From the human T2T-CHM13v2.0 reference genome, Homo sapiens, in NCBI RefSeq assembly GCF_009914755.1, contig NC_060946.1: a DNA stretch of 64,000 nt. One strand, 5' to 3'. The notes beneath the pieces were generated by a model that made no database searches, was not told the origin of the DNA, and was given only the letters and a program-made list of their open reading frames with translations. A program made the position numbers and the translations under genes. Shown here in pieces: positions 24,976-45,324 of this stretch (position 1 is the stretch's first letter; every line of letters begins with the position of its first letter).

Positions 24976-25067
24976 CTATCTCAAAAAAAAATTCTTTTTT
25001 TTTTTTTTAAATAAATAGGCTGGCTGCAGTGGCTGACACCTGTAATACCAGCACTTTCGGAGGCTTA

Positions 25068-25298
<231 letters not shown>

Positions 25299-25999
25299 TC
25301 AAATAAATGAATAAATAAATAATAAATAAAATTGTAAAAGTAACCATGTTACTAGAATTTGAATATGGAGAGGTATATCAAGTAAAAAATGATACCCTTC
25401 TCCTGCTCCCCAGTGTGAGTCCTTTTTTAAGGGGAACCATTGTTAGCAGTGTGGTATGATTATCCCGGCATTTATGTGTTAGCCGAAATATATTGTTTGC
25501 AAATAACAGAGATGTACTGATTTAGTTTAAACAAAAAGCGAAATTTACTGTAAGGATACAGAGGCTTAAATGGAGCAGCCAGGAAAGGCTCAAACACCAT
25601 GTCGAAGAACCTTAGTGGCTCTGGGAACCATAGCAGCAGGAATTATGAGAGCCATATTTCAGCTTCCAGCAACCCTGTCTCTGCTCTCTGTTCAGAATTT
25701 ACATTCCTGGTAGAGAGGGTCTGATCTGTTCAGCTCCAGTTAGGTGTCCATCTGCCACTGGCCAGAGGTGGAAGTGATGATACGCGTACACATCACTATG
25801 TATATCATCTTCCCACATGTCTGTACCCAGGTGCTCAGGGAATTCTAGAGCATAATGTCTTCTATTAGTAAATCTTCTTGTCATATTGGAATATCACTGA
25901 TTTTTCATAGTAAGAATCATAGAGGCTAGAAATAAAAAGTGACTTGCCAGATTTACAAAGTCATCCCAAGATTTTGGTCTACTCTTTTAAATAGTGTCT

Positions 26000-26080
26000 T
26001 AAATTAATACTAATATAATCTAATTATATCATTAATATATATAATATTAAAATAATATATAATATATAAAATAATATAAT
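26000..26080. repeat. AT-rich low-complexity tract
   Basis: Almost pure A/T (aatatataatataaa...). Confidence 0.8.
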
Positions 26081-26302
26081 CAAAGTTTTACTACAGATTC
26101 ATTTATGGAAGGTTTAAATTAACAGCATGAATTTTTTTTTTTTTTTTTTTTTTTTAGACAGGTTCTTGCTCTGTTGCCCAGGCTGGAATGCAGTGGCACG
26201 ATCTTGGCTCACTGCGCCTCTGCCTCCTGGGTTCAAGTGATTCTCCCATCTCAGCCTCCCACATAGCTGGGATTACAGGTGCACATCACCATGCCTGGCT
26301 AA

Positions 26303-26452
<150 letters not shown>

Positions 26453-26676
26453 TGAGCATTTAAGGCTGCACAGGGCAAGTATGAGGTGTCAATGAGGGGT
26501 ATTAACAAAGGTGACAGCGACTTATTCCTGTGGTCAAGTAGTTCTTAATATGGAAGAGAAAAGACAGATGCGTATACATTTAACTAGAATGTGGCAGTTG
26601 CTATAATAAAAATATGGGCAGAATGCTCTGAGAGTGTAGAGATGCTTGTCTGTGACAGGGTTCTGAAAAGCTGTAA

Positions 26677-26889
<213 letters not shown>

Positions 26890-27161
26890 TGATTTCCCCT
26901 TAGAACTGTGAGCTTCACTGACTTCTTAGAGTGTGAGGAGCTCTACATAGTGTTCTGTGTGTCACAACGTCTGTGGATGTCAATAGGTGTCAGGTGCTAA
27001 AATTTCATGGTCAAATCAGTTTGGGAAATGCTGGGTCATGCAAAGATAAGCAGGTTCCATAATGACAGGTCTTCCTCAGTTTTTAATATGTTAGTGTAGG
27101 TTGTTTTTCTCTAAAGGTTGTGTCAGGGTACTCTGAGTTCCCCAAACATATTTGGCACTAG

Positions 27162-27455
<294 letters not shown>

Positions 27456-28107
27456 TGATCCGCCCGTCTTGGCCTCCCAAAGTTCTAGGATTGCAGGCAT
27501 GAGCCACCACACCCAGCCGCTGTCAGCCCATTTTCAGATGCACTATCAGGTCATCTAGTCCAGTCCTTCCTCCATGATGTGCCTCGTATCCCCAACTCAG
27601 CCCCACACCCCCCAATTTGATTTGTTTCATCAACAAGATGGAGTTGGGACGCTGAGGCAGTAGAATTGCTTGAACCCAGAAGGTGGAGGTTGCAGTGAGC
27701 CGTGATCTCACGCCACTGCATGTCAGCCTGGGCAGCAGAGCAAGACTGTCAAAAAAAAAAAGGAGTTTGGAAAGTAAATCCTGATGCCACTAAAGAAGCT
27801 CTGTTAAGTGATGTGGATTGTTTTACTTTTTACTGAGATATTACAAAGTTACTGTTCCTTTCTGGCCTTAAAAATTTAAACATGGAAGTTTGGTTGTCTT
27901 TTTTTAAACAAGTCATGACCTGTAGGACAGTCAAAGGCTAATTGTCAAGCACCGAATAATGATACGTTAGTAGGGCACTTGGAAAAGAGGAAACAGACAA
28001 AATGAATGTATTTACTTCTTTGTTGGATAGGCAGCACTATGAGGTTATAAATCATACAATGGTAAGTTAGCTTTGCCTACTACCCATTTAAATAACATGA
28101 TTTATAG

Positions 28108-28747
<640 letters not shown>

Positions 28748-28848
28748 TAAAAAATTTTTTTTAAAAACCTGAAAAACAGAAAAGTTAGAGCAGTTCCAAA
28801 ACCTACTTGTTCTGTAGCTTATCTGTGCTCTCATTTTTCTCCTTGCAG

Positions 28849-28922
28849 CTCCATAATCGGAGTGCTCCCCGTGATTCTCGTCTGGGCGATGACTATAATA
28901 TCCCTCACTGGATAAACCACAG
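28849..28922 (+). CDS. DEPDC5: DEPDC5 exon 17 (74 nt): [24 protein letters not shown](S)
   Basis: Acceptor ctccttgcag, donor CAG|gtgggt. Confidence 0.97.
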
Positions 28923-29448
28923 GTGGGTGCGATCTCGATCAATAGTAGGTGATAAGCGTTTTGAACAGCTTCCTTGCCATTTTTCTTTAAATCTGTTAAG
29001 TTCTTATTATGGCACTAAACCTTTTGTTAAGAAAATGTGGAAACCAAGTTCTAACATTTGCTCAAAGCTCTGTACACACAAAGCAGTAGCAGTATCATAG
29101 GAACAGTCTATGGTGAAAAAGAATAAAAACAAAATTTGAAGGACTTACTTCCTCTGCAGTTCCCATGTCCTTCTATTCCCAACTCCCACAGACTGTAGAA
29201 GACCAACATTTGTACCTGACCTCCTTCAGCTCTAGAGAAGTCCCCGCGCCTCTTTACATGGAATCCTGCTGATTCCAGCTCAGGGATGGCTTTTCTCATC
29301 CCTCTGCCAGTGCCAGTGCCTCATCTTTTTGAACTATGACACTAATCTTATTCCACCTACCCTTCTCCTGAAAATGCCTATTTTCTTCCAAGATCCAACT
29401 CCAGCATCTCTCTTTTATGAATTCCTCCTGTGCTGCCCTGATAGCTAA

Positions 29449-29730
<282 letters not shown>

Positions 29731-30099
29731 TAGCAAGTTCATGGCAAAGCTGCAGCTATTAGTTTATACTATTTGATATCATGATATTAGACTGTTTTTG
29801 ACCTACAAAAGTAGCAATTTCAGGCCGGTCACAGTGGCTCATGCCTGTAATCCCAGCACTTTGGGATGCTGAGGTGGGAGGAATGCTTGAGGCCAGGAGT
29901 TTGAAACCATTTTGGTCAGTGTAGCCAGACTCTGTCTCTACCAAAAAACAAAACATAACTAATGTTTTGTAGTGAATTCTTGTAAAAGAAGTTAAAATTG
30001 GGAAGATTAGTGAAGCTGAGAACAAAGCCCATGTCAGGAGGGCTGATCCATGCCTAGTATTTTAACTGTGTTTTGAGTTTTAAAATAAAGGGAATTTAG

Positions 30100-30333
<234 letters not shown>

Positions 30334-32265
30334 AAGAAGGTAGATTTCATTAATCAGCAGAGAGCCTTTGTGGACTATCACGCATTGATAGGGTTATTTT
30401 AGTCCTGAGGTACCCTCATCTTTCCCAATGGCCATGAACAGGGTTAAGAAATTCATCCCCAAACTTTATAACTTTATACATTAGATAAATAAATAACAAG
30501 GCCAAGGCCAGACTGCGTGAAATACCTTTGAGAAAAATATGACCAAGACCAAGAGTTCATTTTTTGTTTGTTTGTTTAAGAGTTCGTTTTATTGTGACCT
30601 GACTGTTTTATTCAGATGTTGAAGCCACTCAGATACCAGTGGGGATAAAGACAAAGATGCAGATATGCATTGCAGCAAAGGGGAAATATGATAAAAAGGT
30701 CAGATCTTAGTATAAAGAAATGAAAATTCTGGCTGTGTGCAGTGGCTCTTGCCTGTAACCCCAGTGCTTTGGGTGGCTGAGGAAGGAGGATTGTTTGAAG
30801 CCAGGAGTTTGAGACCGATCTGGGCAACAAATATAGTGAGACCCCATTTCTGTAAAAACTAAAAAAGAATTAGCCAGGTGTATTGGCACATACCTGTAGT
30901 CCCAGCTACTTGGGAGGCTAAAACGGGAAGATTGCCCAAGCCCAGGAATCCATTGCTGTGGTGAGCTATAATTGCGCCATTGCACGCTAACCTGGGTGGC
31001 TAAGTGAGATCTTGTCTCTGGAAACAAACAAACCAAGAAAATAAATGAAAATTGTAACAAGAGTGGGAATTCTTGTTTTCTTCTTTCCAAAGAGGTTTAA
31101 AATATATTAATAATTATATCACATGCTACAAAAAGTGTGGTGAAATTGACACTTGAGTACCTGGTTGGTGTACCATACTTTTGCAAAGCATTTCAGCCAT
31201 GTGTATTGAGAGCAAATGTTTATGCTATTTGAACCAGGCACTTCCATTTTGGGGCATGCGATGTAAGGAAATAATTGAAGTGATAATATGCAAATACATC
31301 TGGGTTTAGTTTTATTTATAATTGTGAGAAGTTGAAAACAACAGATCAATGGCTGAAATATGAAATATCCACTTGATGGAATATATTTGCAACTGATAAA
31401 AATGCAAGTTTTAAGAATTTTAACAAGTGTTTGTTGTTGTCGTTGTTTGTTTTTTTGAGATGGAATCTTGCTCTGTCTCCCAAGCTGGAGTGCAGTGGCG
31501 TGATCTTGGCTTACTGCAACTTCTGCCTCCCAGGTTCAAGCAATTCCTGTGCCCTAGCCTCCTGAGTAGCTGGGATTACAGGCACCCGCCACCACACCCA
31601 GCCTAATTTTTGTATTTTTAGTGGAGACAGGGTTTCACATGTTGGCCAGGGTTGTCTCAAACTCTTGATTTCAAGTGACCCACCCGCCTCAGCCTCCCAA
31701 AGTGCTGGGATTATAGGCGTGAGCCACTGCACCCGGCCAGAACTCGAAAAAGTGGTTTTGATGTACTGTGAGAAGAAAAGCAGGCTGTTATGTTTGCAGG
31801 CCCCACACCCGAGTGCTCTCACCCCTCTGCCCTTTCCTAGTAGAGCTGAATTCACTGAGGGTTGCTCCATTTGTGGCTGTGTGTCAGGGCCTCTTATTCC
31901 CTTTTCTTTTTTTAGGGGGGAGGGCTGTTAATGTTACTCTTCTAATAAGGGAAATACTAATTTGGAGCAATCTGAGGACTCCTGACATAAGCCATGTCAG
32001 ATAGTGAAGTGCTAGGAGATGGGATTCTGTATAGAAAGGGCCTCTCTTGCCTTCACCACAAGCATTCTCAGCAAAGTAGAACATGGAAAAACTTCTCTGC
32101 ACCATGATTATTTTATTTTTTTTTTGAGACAGAGTCTCGCTCTGTCATGCCCAGTGTAGTGGTGGGATCTCGGCTCACTGCAACCTCTGCCTTCTGGGTT
32201 CAATCAGTTTTCGTGCCCCAGCCTCCCCAATAGCTAGGACTACAGGCACATGCCACCATGCCTAA

Positions 32266-32661
<396 letters not shown>

Positions 32662-33616
32662 TGAACTCCTGACCTCAGGTGATCCATCTTGGCCTCCCAA
32701 AGTGCTGGGATTACAGGTGTGAGCCACCATGCCCAGCTAATTTTTGTATTTTTAGTAGAGATGGGGTTTCACCATGTTGGCCAGGCTGGTACTCCTGACA
32801 ACCTCAGGTGATCTACCTGTCTCGGCTTCCCAAAGTGCTGGGATTACAGGCATGAGCCTTTGTACTCGGCTACCATGATCATTTTAAAGAAGCAAGAGTT
32901 AGTATTGTTGTGAAAGTTTTCAGGGTCCTGAAAGATTAAATATATATATATAAAAATAGAGATGGGGTCTTACTGTGTTGCTCAGGCTAGTCTCAAACTC
33001 CTGGGCCCAAGCAATCCTCCTGCCTTGGGCTCCCAAGGTGCTGGGATTACAGGCGTGAACCACTGTGCCTGGCCTTTATTTATTTATTTAATCTGAAAAA
33101 GATCTTTAAGAAAATGTAAAAAGTGATAGCTCTATTAGTTTTTTTTCCTCTACCCTTGTACTTCATTTCAGCAAATTGGGTGATATACAGAGTGCTCAGC
33201 TCTGGTAGGTGTAGGCAGACAGGTGACAGCACCGTAGTGAAGGGGGAGGCATGCAGCATTTGGGTCAGGTGGGACAAACACAACAGTGGATTGACCAAGA
33301 ATCTAAAGATCTGGTCTTGAATTTTGGCTCTGCCACCTGCTGAATGTGTGGCTTTGGGTAAAGTCCCTTATTCTCTCTGCAATTGAATATCCCCACTTGT
33401 AAGGGGCAGTCCATTCCCCCAGTGGACAGGTTTGTGAGAGGCAACAAGATGTGATACGGGAATAAAGGACCGTGGTAGGTAGGTGTCAGATGTTAGCTCC
33501 TGCCTTTCTGTCAGTTACAGGCTGTCTTCCCTGGGAGCAGCACATATATACTGTGCCTTGTGATAAGTTCTTTTCTAGCGAAGGAAGGAGTGATTAATTA
33601 TCTATTTAATTTTTCA

Positions 33617-34002
<386 letters not shown>

Positions 34003-34413
34003 TCAGCTAACCCATGACAACAAAACTATGTGAAGTGCCATAAAAAGTTTATGGAAAAGTCAGGAGACCTGAGTTCCCTTTGTGTCATGTATGCAGGATC
34101 CCTTAATTACCTTGTATTTTTTCCCGCCATCTGCAAATTGAAAAAACCTTGTTTTTCTTTTCCATAGGCCATTTGTAGGGATCACGTAGAAAGTTTTAAA
34201 CTACTAAACATATTAAGATGATTTATTTTAAGAAGGGTCACAAAAGGATGAAATGCTACCCACAGCTTGCCTTTATTTAGTGCTATACTATTTCTATGTT
34301 GCTTTGACATATACGTCATTTAGTCTCTACTTGATGAATAGGTCGTTATCCCATTTTTTCAAGGGGAGAGGGTGATCACCTGTGCCTTGCAGATTTTGGT
34401 GAAGATTATCTGA

Positions 34414-34679
<266 letters not shown>

Positions 34680-34801
34680 TAAAAATTGTGTAGGAAAACC
34701 TGAAGTTCAGTAGTGACCTCTAAGAGAGCAACCTTGAAAATCTTGTTTTGTTTTGTTTTGTTTCGTTTTGGTTTTTTGTTTGTTTTGTTTTGTTTTTTTG
34801 A

Positions 34802-34960
<159 letters not shown>

Positions 34961-35981
34961 TAGTAGAGATGGGGTTTTTCCATGTTGGTCAGGCTGGTCT
35001 CGAACTCCCGACCTCAGGTGATCTGCCCGCCTCGACCTCCCAAAATGCTAGGATTAGAGGCGTGAGCCACTGTGCCTGGCTTGTTTTGTTTTTTGAGACG
35101 GAGTCTCACTCTGTCACCCAGGCTGGAGTGCAATGACACAATCTCTGCTCACTGCAACTTCCGCCTCCTGGGTTCAAGCGATTCTCCTGCCTCAGCCTCC
35201 TGAGTAGCTGGGATTAAAGGCACGTGCCACCACGTCCAGCTAATATTTGTGTTTTTTGTAGAGATGGGGTTTCGCCATGGTGGCCAGGCTGGTCTTGAAC
35301 TTCTGGCCCCAAGTGATCCTCCTGCCTCGGCCTCCCTAAGTGCTGGGATTACAGGTGTGAGCCACCATGCCTGGCTGGTTCTTATGCTTTTCTGAGCCAA
35401 GGGAAACAATTCACAAATTCCAGAATCTTCCTCTCACTGGGCTGGCTCTATCCTTGGACACAGCGTTTAAGTTTATTATTCTGAGTGGGCATGAACTTTT
35501 CTTTCTTTAAGTCCTGCTTTTAAAAATTTGCTCTGTGGTGTTTTGGTCATATGGTAGTTGTTTTTTTTTTTTTTGAGACAGGATCTCCTTCTGTCACCCA
35601 GGCTGTAGTGCAGTGTCACGTTGACAGCTCACTGTAACCTCTGCCTCCTGGGCTCAAGTGATCCTCTTGCCTCTGCCTCCCAAGTAGCTGAGACTACAGG
35701 CATGCACCATCATGTCCAGCTAGTTTTTAATTTTTTGTAGAGATGAGGTCTCACATATTGCCAGGCTGGTCTCAAACTCCTGGCTGAAGCCATCCTCCCG
35801 CCTTAGTCTCCAAAAGTGCTGAGATTATAGGCATGAGCCACTGCACTCAGCCATGTAGTAGTTTTTAATTGTGATGTAGTTAGATCTACTCATCTATTCA
35901 TTTGTGGGTCTTGTGTAAGAAAGCACTCTCTACCCCAGAGTTACAGATGTGTATTTCATATTTTCTTCAAATACTTTATAG

Positions 35982-36278
<297 letters not shown>

Positions 36279-36374
36279 TGAGCCACCGCACCCGGCCTCA
36301 TCTTGGATTTTATGCTTATGTTTATATTATTTATGTTGACTTTCTTTTTTTGTGAATGTGTGAAACAGCTCTAG

Positions 36375-36608
<234 letters not shown>

Positions 36609-37459
36609 TAGTAGAGACGGGGTTTCTCAGTGTTGGTCAGGCTGGTCTCGAACTCCCGACCCCAGGTGATCCACCCACCTTGGCCTCCAAAAGTGCTAGG
36701 ATTATAGGTGTGAGCCACTGCCCCCGCCAGATTTCTTAACTCTGTAGCTTTAAGCGCAACTGAGTGGAAGAATATTATGTCTCTTAATTTTGTGGCAAAT
36801 GAACTTAGAGTGACCACATGATTGTTTTCTGCCCTTTTCTCTCATCCAGTCCTACCTGAGAAGGCTTAGAGCTCAGAATTAAGTGCTGTCAGCACCCTCT
36901 CTCCTATGTGTGGATGCTGCTTAGGGGCTCAGTAAGAGCTACTTAGGGGCTTTTCTTTGTAGTCTTTAAAAATGCTCTCATAGTTCAAGATTGATTTTCT
37001 TTTTCTAATTAAAGATGACAAGACCTGGTGGTACCCAGGTTGTGTGGTCTCTGAAGGCACAAATTGTGTCTTAATTGGTGCTACCTTCACACATGGCTAA
37101 GCGTATACTGGTGTTTAAATATTTACTGTGGAAAGAACAAACATGTAGTCAGCACTTGGAATCTGTTTTCAGGCTCCGTTTAAGCTCTTACTAAAAAAAT
37201 CCTTCCAGGAGGAAAGGGAGCAGCTCTGATGCCAGAAGGGCAGCCCCGTTGGTGGGCTTGCTTTTTCGTTCTGAGCTTTTGCTTCTCTATAGGGCTTCTT
37301 TCTTTTTGATCCTTCTTCCTGTTGCTTTTAGAGGTTTTCCCCTTAGGGAATTTTATGTTTTAATAAGGCTATATATATATATATATATGCATATATAAAC
37401 TTTTATTAGGAAATGTTCAGACGTGCTCAAATAGAGAATAGTATCATGAACAGTTATCA

Positions 37460-37869
<410 letters not shown>

Positions 37870-38632
37870 TCAATAATACATACTTCAGCGTAAGTTTCTT
37901 TCTTTTTTTACATGTTATTTATTTATTTAGTGTCACCCAGCCTGGCACAAAGCTGATTAGTATATGTTTCAACAAATAAGAACTAAAAGAAAACCCATCA
38001 CAGTACCATTATCATTGGTAACAAAATTAACACTAATCCCTAAATGCCCTCTAATAGCCAGTGCATAGTCAGTTTTTTGAATTGCCTCAAAAATGTGCTT
38101 TTGCAGTTAGTTTGAAATGGGACCTAAACAAGATCCACTTTTTGCATTTGGTTATAATGCCTTTTGTGTGTGTGTGTGACAGTAGAATGTCTTGCTTTCT
38201 ACATTTGGCTGATTGTTGCCTTGTAGTGTTTCAGTTTTCCTCTATTCTGCAGATTCCCTGTAAACTGGCAATTATCTCTGGAAGCTTGATTAGATTTAGA
38301 TTCAAATTTGAGGGCAAGTAGACTTCTTGGGCACTATGTTCTTTCTCCCACATCACATCATACCTCTCTTCTCATTCTGTTTTTAGTGATGAGAGATTAA
38401 TCAGTGGGATTAGGTGGGGTCAGCCTGGAGCAGTCCTTTCTTTACAACTATGATCCTAGGACTTCGGCTGCATAATGTCTGTCATTTCCCCCCTCTCTTA
38501 TATAACATCTCAAGCTGTTAAGGGTGAAGTACCGCATACAGGTTTCCCACTTGTAGATCACACTGGGGATTTTTGTTATTGGGTTCCATGTGGCTTGGGC
38601 TGGTGATGGGTTTTAGTTTTAACTCAAGGTAG

Positions 38633-38947
<315 letters not shown>

Positions 38948-39102
38948 TAGTGGGTGACTGGAGGTGGGAGGATTGGTCAGAGGTGGGGTGTAAATCCCAC
39001 ATCTTAATGATTTCTTTGCCAGTGCAGTAGGTACAAATCACTTTAGCTGTTAGCTATGTATATATTATACTTCTTTTTTTTTTTTTTTTTTTTTGGTGAC
39101 AG

Positions 39103-39116
39103 AGCACCTAGGCTAA
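39103..39116 (+). CDS. DEPDC5: Alu-derived alternative exon, coding part (E-H-L-G-stop); gives a 559-aa truncated DEPDC5
   Basis: The antisense Alu poly-T tract plus ggtgacag forms an acceptor. The terminal G of exon 21 plus AG CAC CTA GGC TAA reads EHLG*. The length agrees with a recalled 559-aa short isoform (not verified). Confidence 0.7.
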
Positions 39117-39413
39117 AGTGCAGTGATGCAATCACAGCTCACCTCAGTGCGGCCTTGAACTCCTGGACTCAATCGATCCTCCCACCTCTGCCTCCCAAGT
39201 AACTGGGACTATAGCATGCCACCACACCCAGCTGATTATCATATTTTTTTTTGTAGAGGTGGGGAAGTGCAGTGATGCAATCACAGCTCACCTCAGTGCG
39301 GCCTTGAACTCCTGGACTCAATTGATCCTCCCACTTCTGCCTCCCAAGTAACTGGGACTATAGCATGCCACCACACCCAGCTGATTATCATATTTTTTTT
39401 TGTAGAGGTGGGG
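39116..39413 (+). repeat. 149-bp tandem duplication inside an antisense AluJ
   Basis: 39116-39264 vs 39265-39413: 2 C/T differences. Confidence 0.95.
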
Positions 39414-39628
39414 TTTTACCATTCCCAGGCTGGTCTTGAACTCCTGGACTCGAGGGATCCACCCATTGGCCTCCAAAAGTGCTGAGATTACAGGCATGAA
39501 CCAATGTTACCGCACCCTGCCTCTATTATACTATTTTTTGTTTAGCCTTTCTTCATCCATCATTTAACTGTATGCCTTTCCATATGTTAATGGAAAGCTT
39601 TTCTTAGGCCTAGGGTCAAAAGGGTTTA

Positions 39629-39823
<195 letters not shown>

Positions 39824-40025
39824 TCAAAATACAAAAATTAGCTAGGTGTGGTGGCGGGTGCCTGTAATCCCAGCTACTCAGGAGGCTGAGGCAGGAGAAT
39901 CACTTGAACCTGGCAGGCGTAGTTGCAGTGAGCCGAGATTCCACCACTGCACTCCAGCCTGGGTGACAGAGGGAGACTCCACCTCAAAAAAAAAAAAACA
40001 AAAAACTTTTTTTTTCACTTACCTG

Positions 40026-41170
<1,145 letters not shown>

Positions 41171-42701
41171 GGTTTCTTTTATTTGTTTGTTTTGAGACAG
41201 GTTCTCACTCTGTTGCCCAGGCTGTAGTGCAGTGGTACAATATTGGCTCACTACAGCCTCAACCTCCTGGGCTCACGTGATCCTCCCACTTCAGCCTCCC
41301 AAATAGCTGGGACTACAGGTGTGCACCACCACACCCGGCTAGTTTTTAAAGTTTTTGTAGGGACGGTCTCAATCTGTTGCCCAGGCTGGTCTCGAACTCC
41401 TGGGCTCAAGTGATCCTTCCACCTTGGTCTCCCAAAGTGCTGGGATTACAGGAATAAGCTACTGTACCTGGCCTGTACTCATCTTTTTTTTTTTACTAGG
41501 TTTTTCTCTTTTATTTCCTTAATAACTAACTAGACTATGTTCTTTTTTATTTTGTAAGTTAGAGCATCAATTCATTAATTTACAATGAACAGTAAAACTT
41601 TCACAGAAATCTGAACATTCTCTTCTTTCCTGCAAAGCAACTTGAGGAATGAAATACAGTATTACAGTGTATGAGGTTCTGTGCTAGGCATTGGGTAGAT
41701 AATGATGGCCAAGACAAATTCCTTGGAGTTTGCATCTGCTGGACCCACTTTTTCATCTGGGTGGTTGCTTAATGAACATGGAATACACACAAGAAGAGTT
41801 GGTTGTGGATTTCAGTTCTTTGATCCACTCAGGCATGCTGTCTCTGTCTCCATAATGGGACCTGTCTACCATTGCGCCAGACAGGTGGTGTCTAAATATC
41901 ATACCATCTCCTTGCCTGGTCAAGGCTGGAGGCATCCATTTCTTCGTTATTTTTTTCTCAGTAATTTTTTTAGCATAATAACATTTTATTGCTTACTCAT
42001 GTCCCAGCCCACTAAGTCAGTGGAGGGGCTACTGATCCACTCAGTCCATTCAGGAACTCAGGTTCCTTCCATCCTGGGATGCCATGATTATCAACATTGG
42101 TCTCCTGGGTTGCCACAAAGGGAAAAAGAATGCAGATCATTTGTGGAGATCATTGTGGTCCAGGCCTGGATTTGAAGCATATAATTTCTACCTGGCCAGA
42201 ACTAAGTCATTTGGCTTTATTGCAAAGGGTCTGGGAACTATAGTCTTGTGTCCAGTAGGAAAATCAAATGGGTTTATAGTGAAGACATTGACTAGCTCTG
42301 CCAAGATCTGCCCTTCTGGTGACCACATAGCTATTTTTATTGTTCCTCCCTCTTAGAGAATATACTCGTTCCTTTCCCAAGGGAGACAACTCAAGTCCCA
42401 TCATTCAGTCATTGCTTCCAGCTCAAAGTTCAGGATCTTCAGGCAGTGTCCTTCCCATCAGATTTGGTTGTGACTTCATTTTGCCAGTAATTTAGAACCA
42501 AAACTCCCTTCTCCCAAGTATTTAAAAGCAAACAAATGCAAACATATTTCATTTCTTTATAGTTTGACAGTTTTGCTCATTTCTCTCACTCCCTGACATT
42601 TATAATGCCCAAGATTCTTGTCAGCCTTGGTTTATCATTCTACCTAGCTCTGGTTTCACTGTGGTTCTGTGGTTTTTCTTTGTGACTCAACTCCATGATA
42701 A

Positions 42702-42926
<225 letters not shown>

Positions 42927-43192
42927 TAAGAGAGAGCCTTGGACTAGGAGCTCCTAGCCCTGGTCCTCAGTGTCGGTCACCCATGTGTCCTTGGTCAGGT
43001 GCCTCTGTTGCTCCACCTGTAAGATGGGATAACCATGCCCACTTTGGCCATCCCAGGGGTTCTTGTAAAGATCCTTGAAGATGCACTTGGGAATAGGCTT
43101 TGTAACTAATTAGCTGTATAAACCTGAGGGCTTTTTTGTTTGTTTCTGCCCTTTTTTTTTTTTTTTTCTTTTGAGACAGGGTCTCACTCTAG

Positions 43193-43375
<183 letters not shown>

Positions 43376-45188
43376 TGAACTCCTGGACACAAGCAATCTG
43401 CCCACCTTAACCTCCCAGAGTGCTGGGATTATAGATGTGAGCCACCGCATCCGGCCCTTTGTTTCTATTTGAGAGGAACTATGCATTGCCACCTGCTTTC
43501 TTTCCTAAGTCAGATGTCCCTCATTCTTGTTCATTCCTTCTTCTCTTAGATCTCTTGGATATTGATATCCTGTCTTGGTTACAAGGAGTTATGTTGTTTT
43601 GTTTTCTGTTAGGTCTCTCTGACAACTGAAAAAAAATTTTCCCCTGAATTCACTTTTTCCTAGTCCATTCTTTTTTATCTATATTCTGTTCTCAAGAAGA
43701 TGACAGTAAGATTGTCTCAAGCTGTGGCTAAAATTAAACTTTAGCTTAATGGGCTCTTATTGAGCTGGAAAGGAACAAATGCATTAAACTCCAGGATTTT
43801 GTGTGTGTGTGTGTGTGAGACAGTGTCTCACTCTGTTACCTAGGCTGGAGTACAGTGGCGTGATCTCAGATAACTGCAACCTCTGCCTTTTGGGTTCAAA
43901 CAATTCTTCTGCCTCAGCCTCCCAAGTAGCTGGGATTACAGGCATACATCACCACACCTGGCTAATTTTTGTATTTCTAGTAGAGACGGGGTTTCACCAT
44001 GTTGGTCAGGCTGGTCTCAAACTCCTGATCTCAAGCAGTCCACCCACCCCGGCTTCCCAGTGTGCTGGCATTACAGGCGTGAGTCACCGTGCCTGGCCAA
44101 ATTTTTATTTTATTTTTTTCATGGAAACCATCCTGCTGAATACCTGGAAATGCCTATTTTCTTTTGTACTTGCCTTTAATATTTAAAAGTTAAATAAGTG
44201 AGAAATAGATCTGAATCATTTGGCTGTAACTGGGGGGTCATGCCTAAACCCCGTTCTGCCCCCTTATCTCTGCTATAATCAGTCACACTACTTGTTTCTT
44301 TCTGTGTCCTTTCCCCTCCATTATTGTCTCCACTGGTTCCCTTCCAGGTCACTTAGAACTCTTGGTGTTTCTTCAGTGACCTTCATCTTTTCATGCTTCT
44401 GTGCTTCTCCTCCTCCCACTCTTCATGTACACTTTATTGGAACCATATTCTGCAAACAGTTTGCTTCGCTTCTTCCTCCTGTTTAGCTGGCCTTTCAGTA
44501 GCCAAGGCCCTCCTTCATCAGGGTTCCCTGTCTTCCTCATTCCTATCCTCAGAGGCTCTCTTCCTTCTTGGCTAATCTTGTGGTCTCCTGCACGTTTTGC
44601 CTCTTTCAGGTTTGGGATTTCACAGGTATCATTTCATCTACCCAGATGCCCTCTTCCTTCAATCGCTGTTAACTTTGTTGAACACTTAGCTCTACAAGTT
44701 CTCCTTTCCCAGGAAGCCTCATTTTGTAGACTTGACTAATTCTAATTTGTTTCCTACTCTGCCTTTTTTGCACTTAAACATCTTCTGCTTCTTAGAGTCA
44801 CAGTTGTTACTCTCCTAGGTATTAACAGAATCATTTGGTGTTTCACTTGTATTTCCCTCTTATTGAGTTTGTGTTAGCCCTCCTGGCAAGGGGCCATGCC
44901 TCCTATACTTGTATATTTCACTGTGGCTATTCAGTTGACACACCTGAGGCAGAATATCCTAAAATATTCTTAACAGATTAGACAGGATGATAAAGGTGAG
45001 GCTCCTTAGTAGGATGGGTCCTGCTTGGAAGAGCAGATGTCCTTTGGGAGCCACCCTCTGTGGTGTGTTCTTCTTTCAATCTCACCAACATCTGTATCCC
45101 AGTAGCTGGAAAGAAGGGAGAGTATAGTTAAGTGCACAGCACTAGCTATCAGGTGGGAATGATGCTCAGTGGTTCTTTATCTGGGTAG

Positions 45189-45324
45189 GGCCATCCGGAG
45201 AAGCCATCCAGATCCACCACCAGACCCGACAGAATATGGCGGAGCTACAAGGCAGCGGGCAGAGGGATCCAACTCACTCCTCTGCAGAGCTGCTGGAGTT
45301 AGCATATCATGAAGCTGCTGGAAG
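45189..45324 (+). CDS. DEPDC5: DEPDC5 exon 23 (136 nt): (G)[20 protein letters not shown]...YHEAAG(R)
   Basis: Weak acceptor tctgggtag, donor AAG|gtgagg. Confidence 0.96.

Noticed and set aside
41702-42175. Longest ORF in the track (157 aa)
   Set aside because: Lies in degenerate old repeat-like intronic sequence; no recognisable domain and no supporting splice structure
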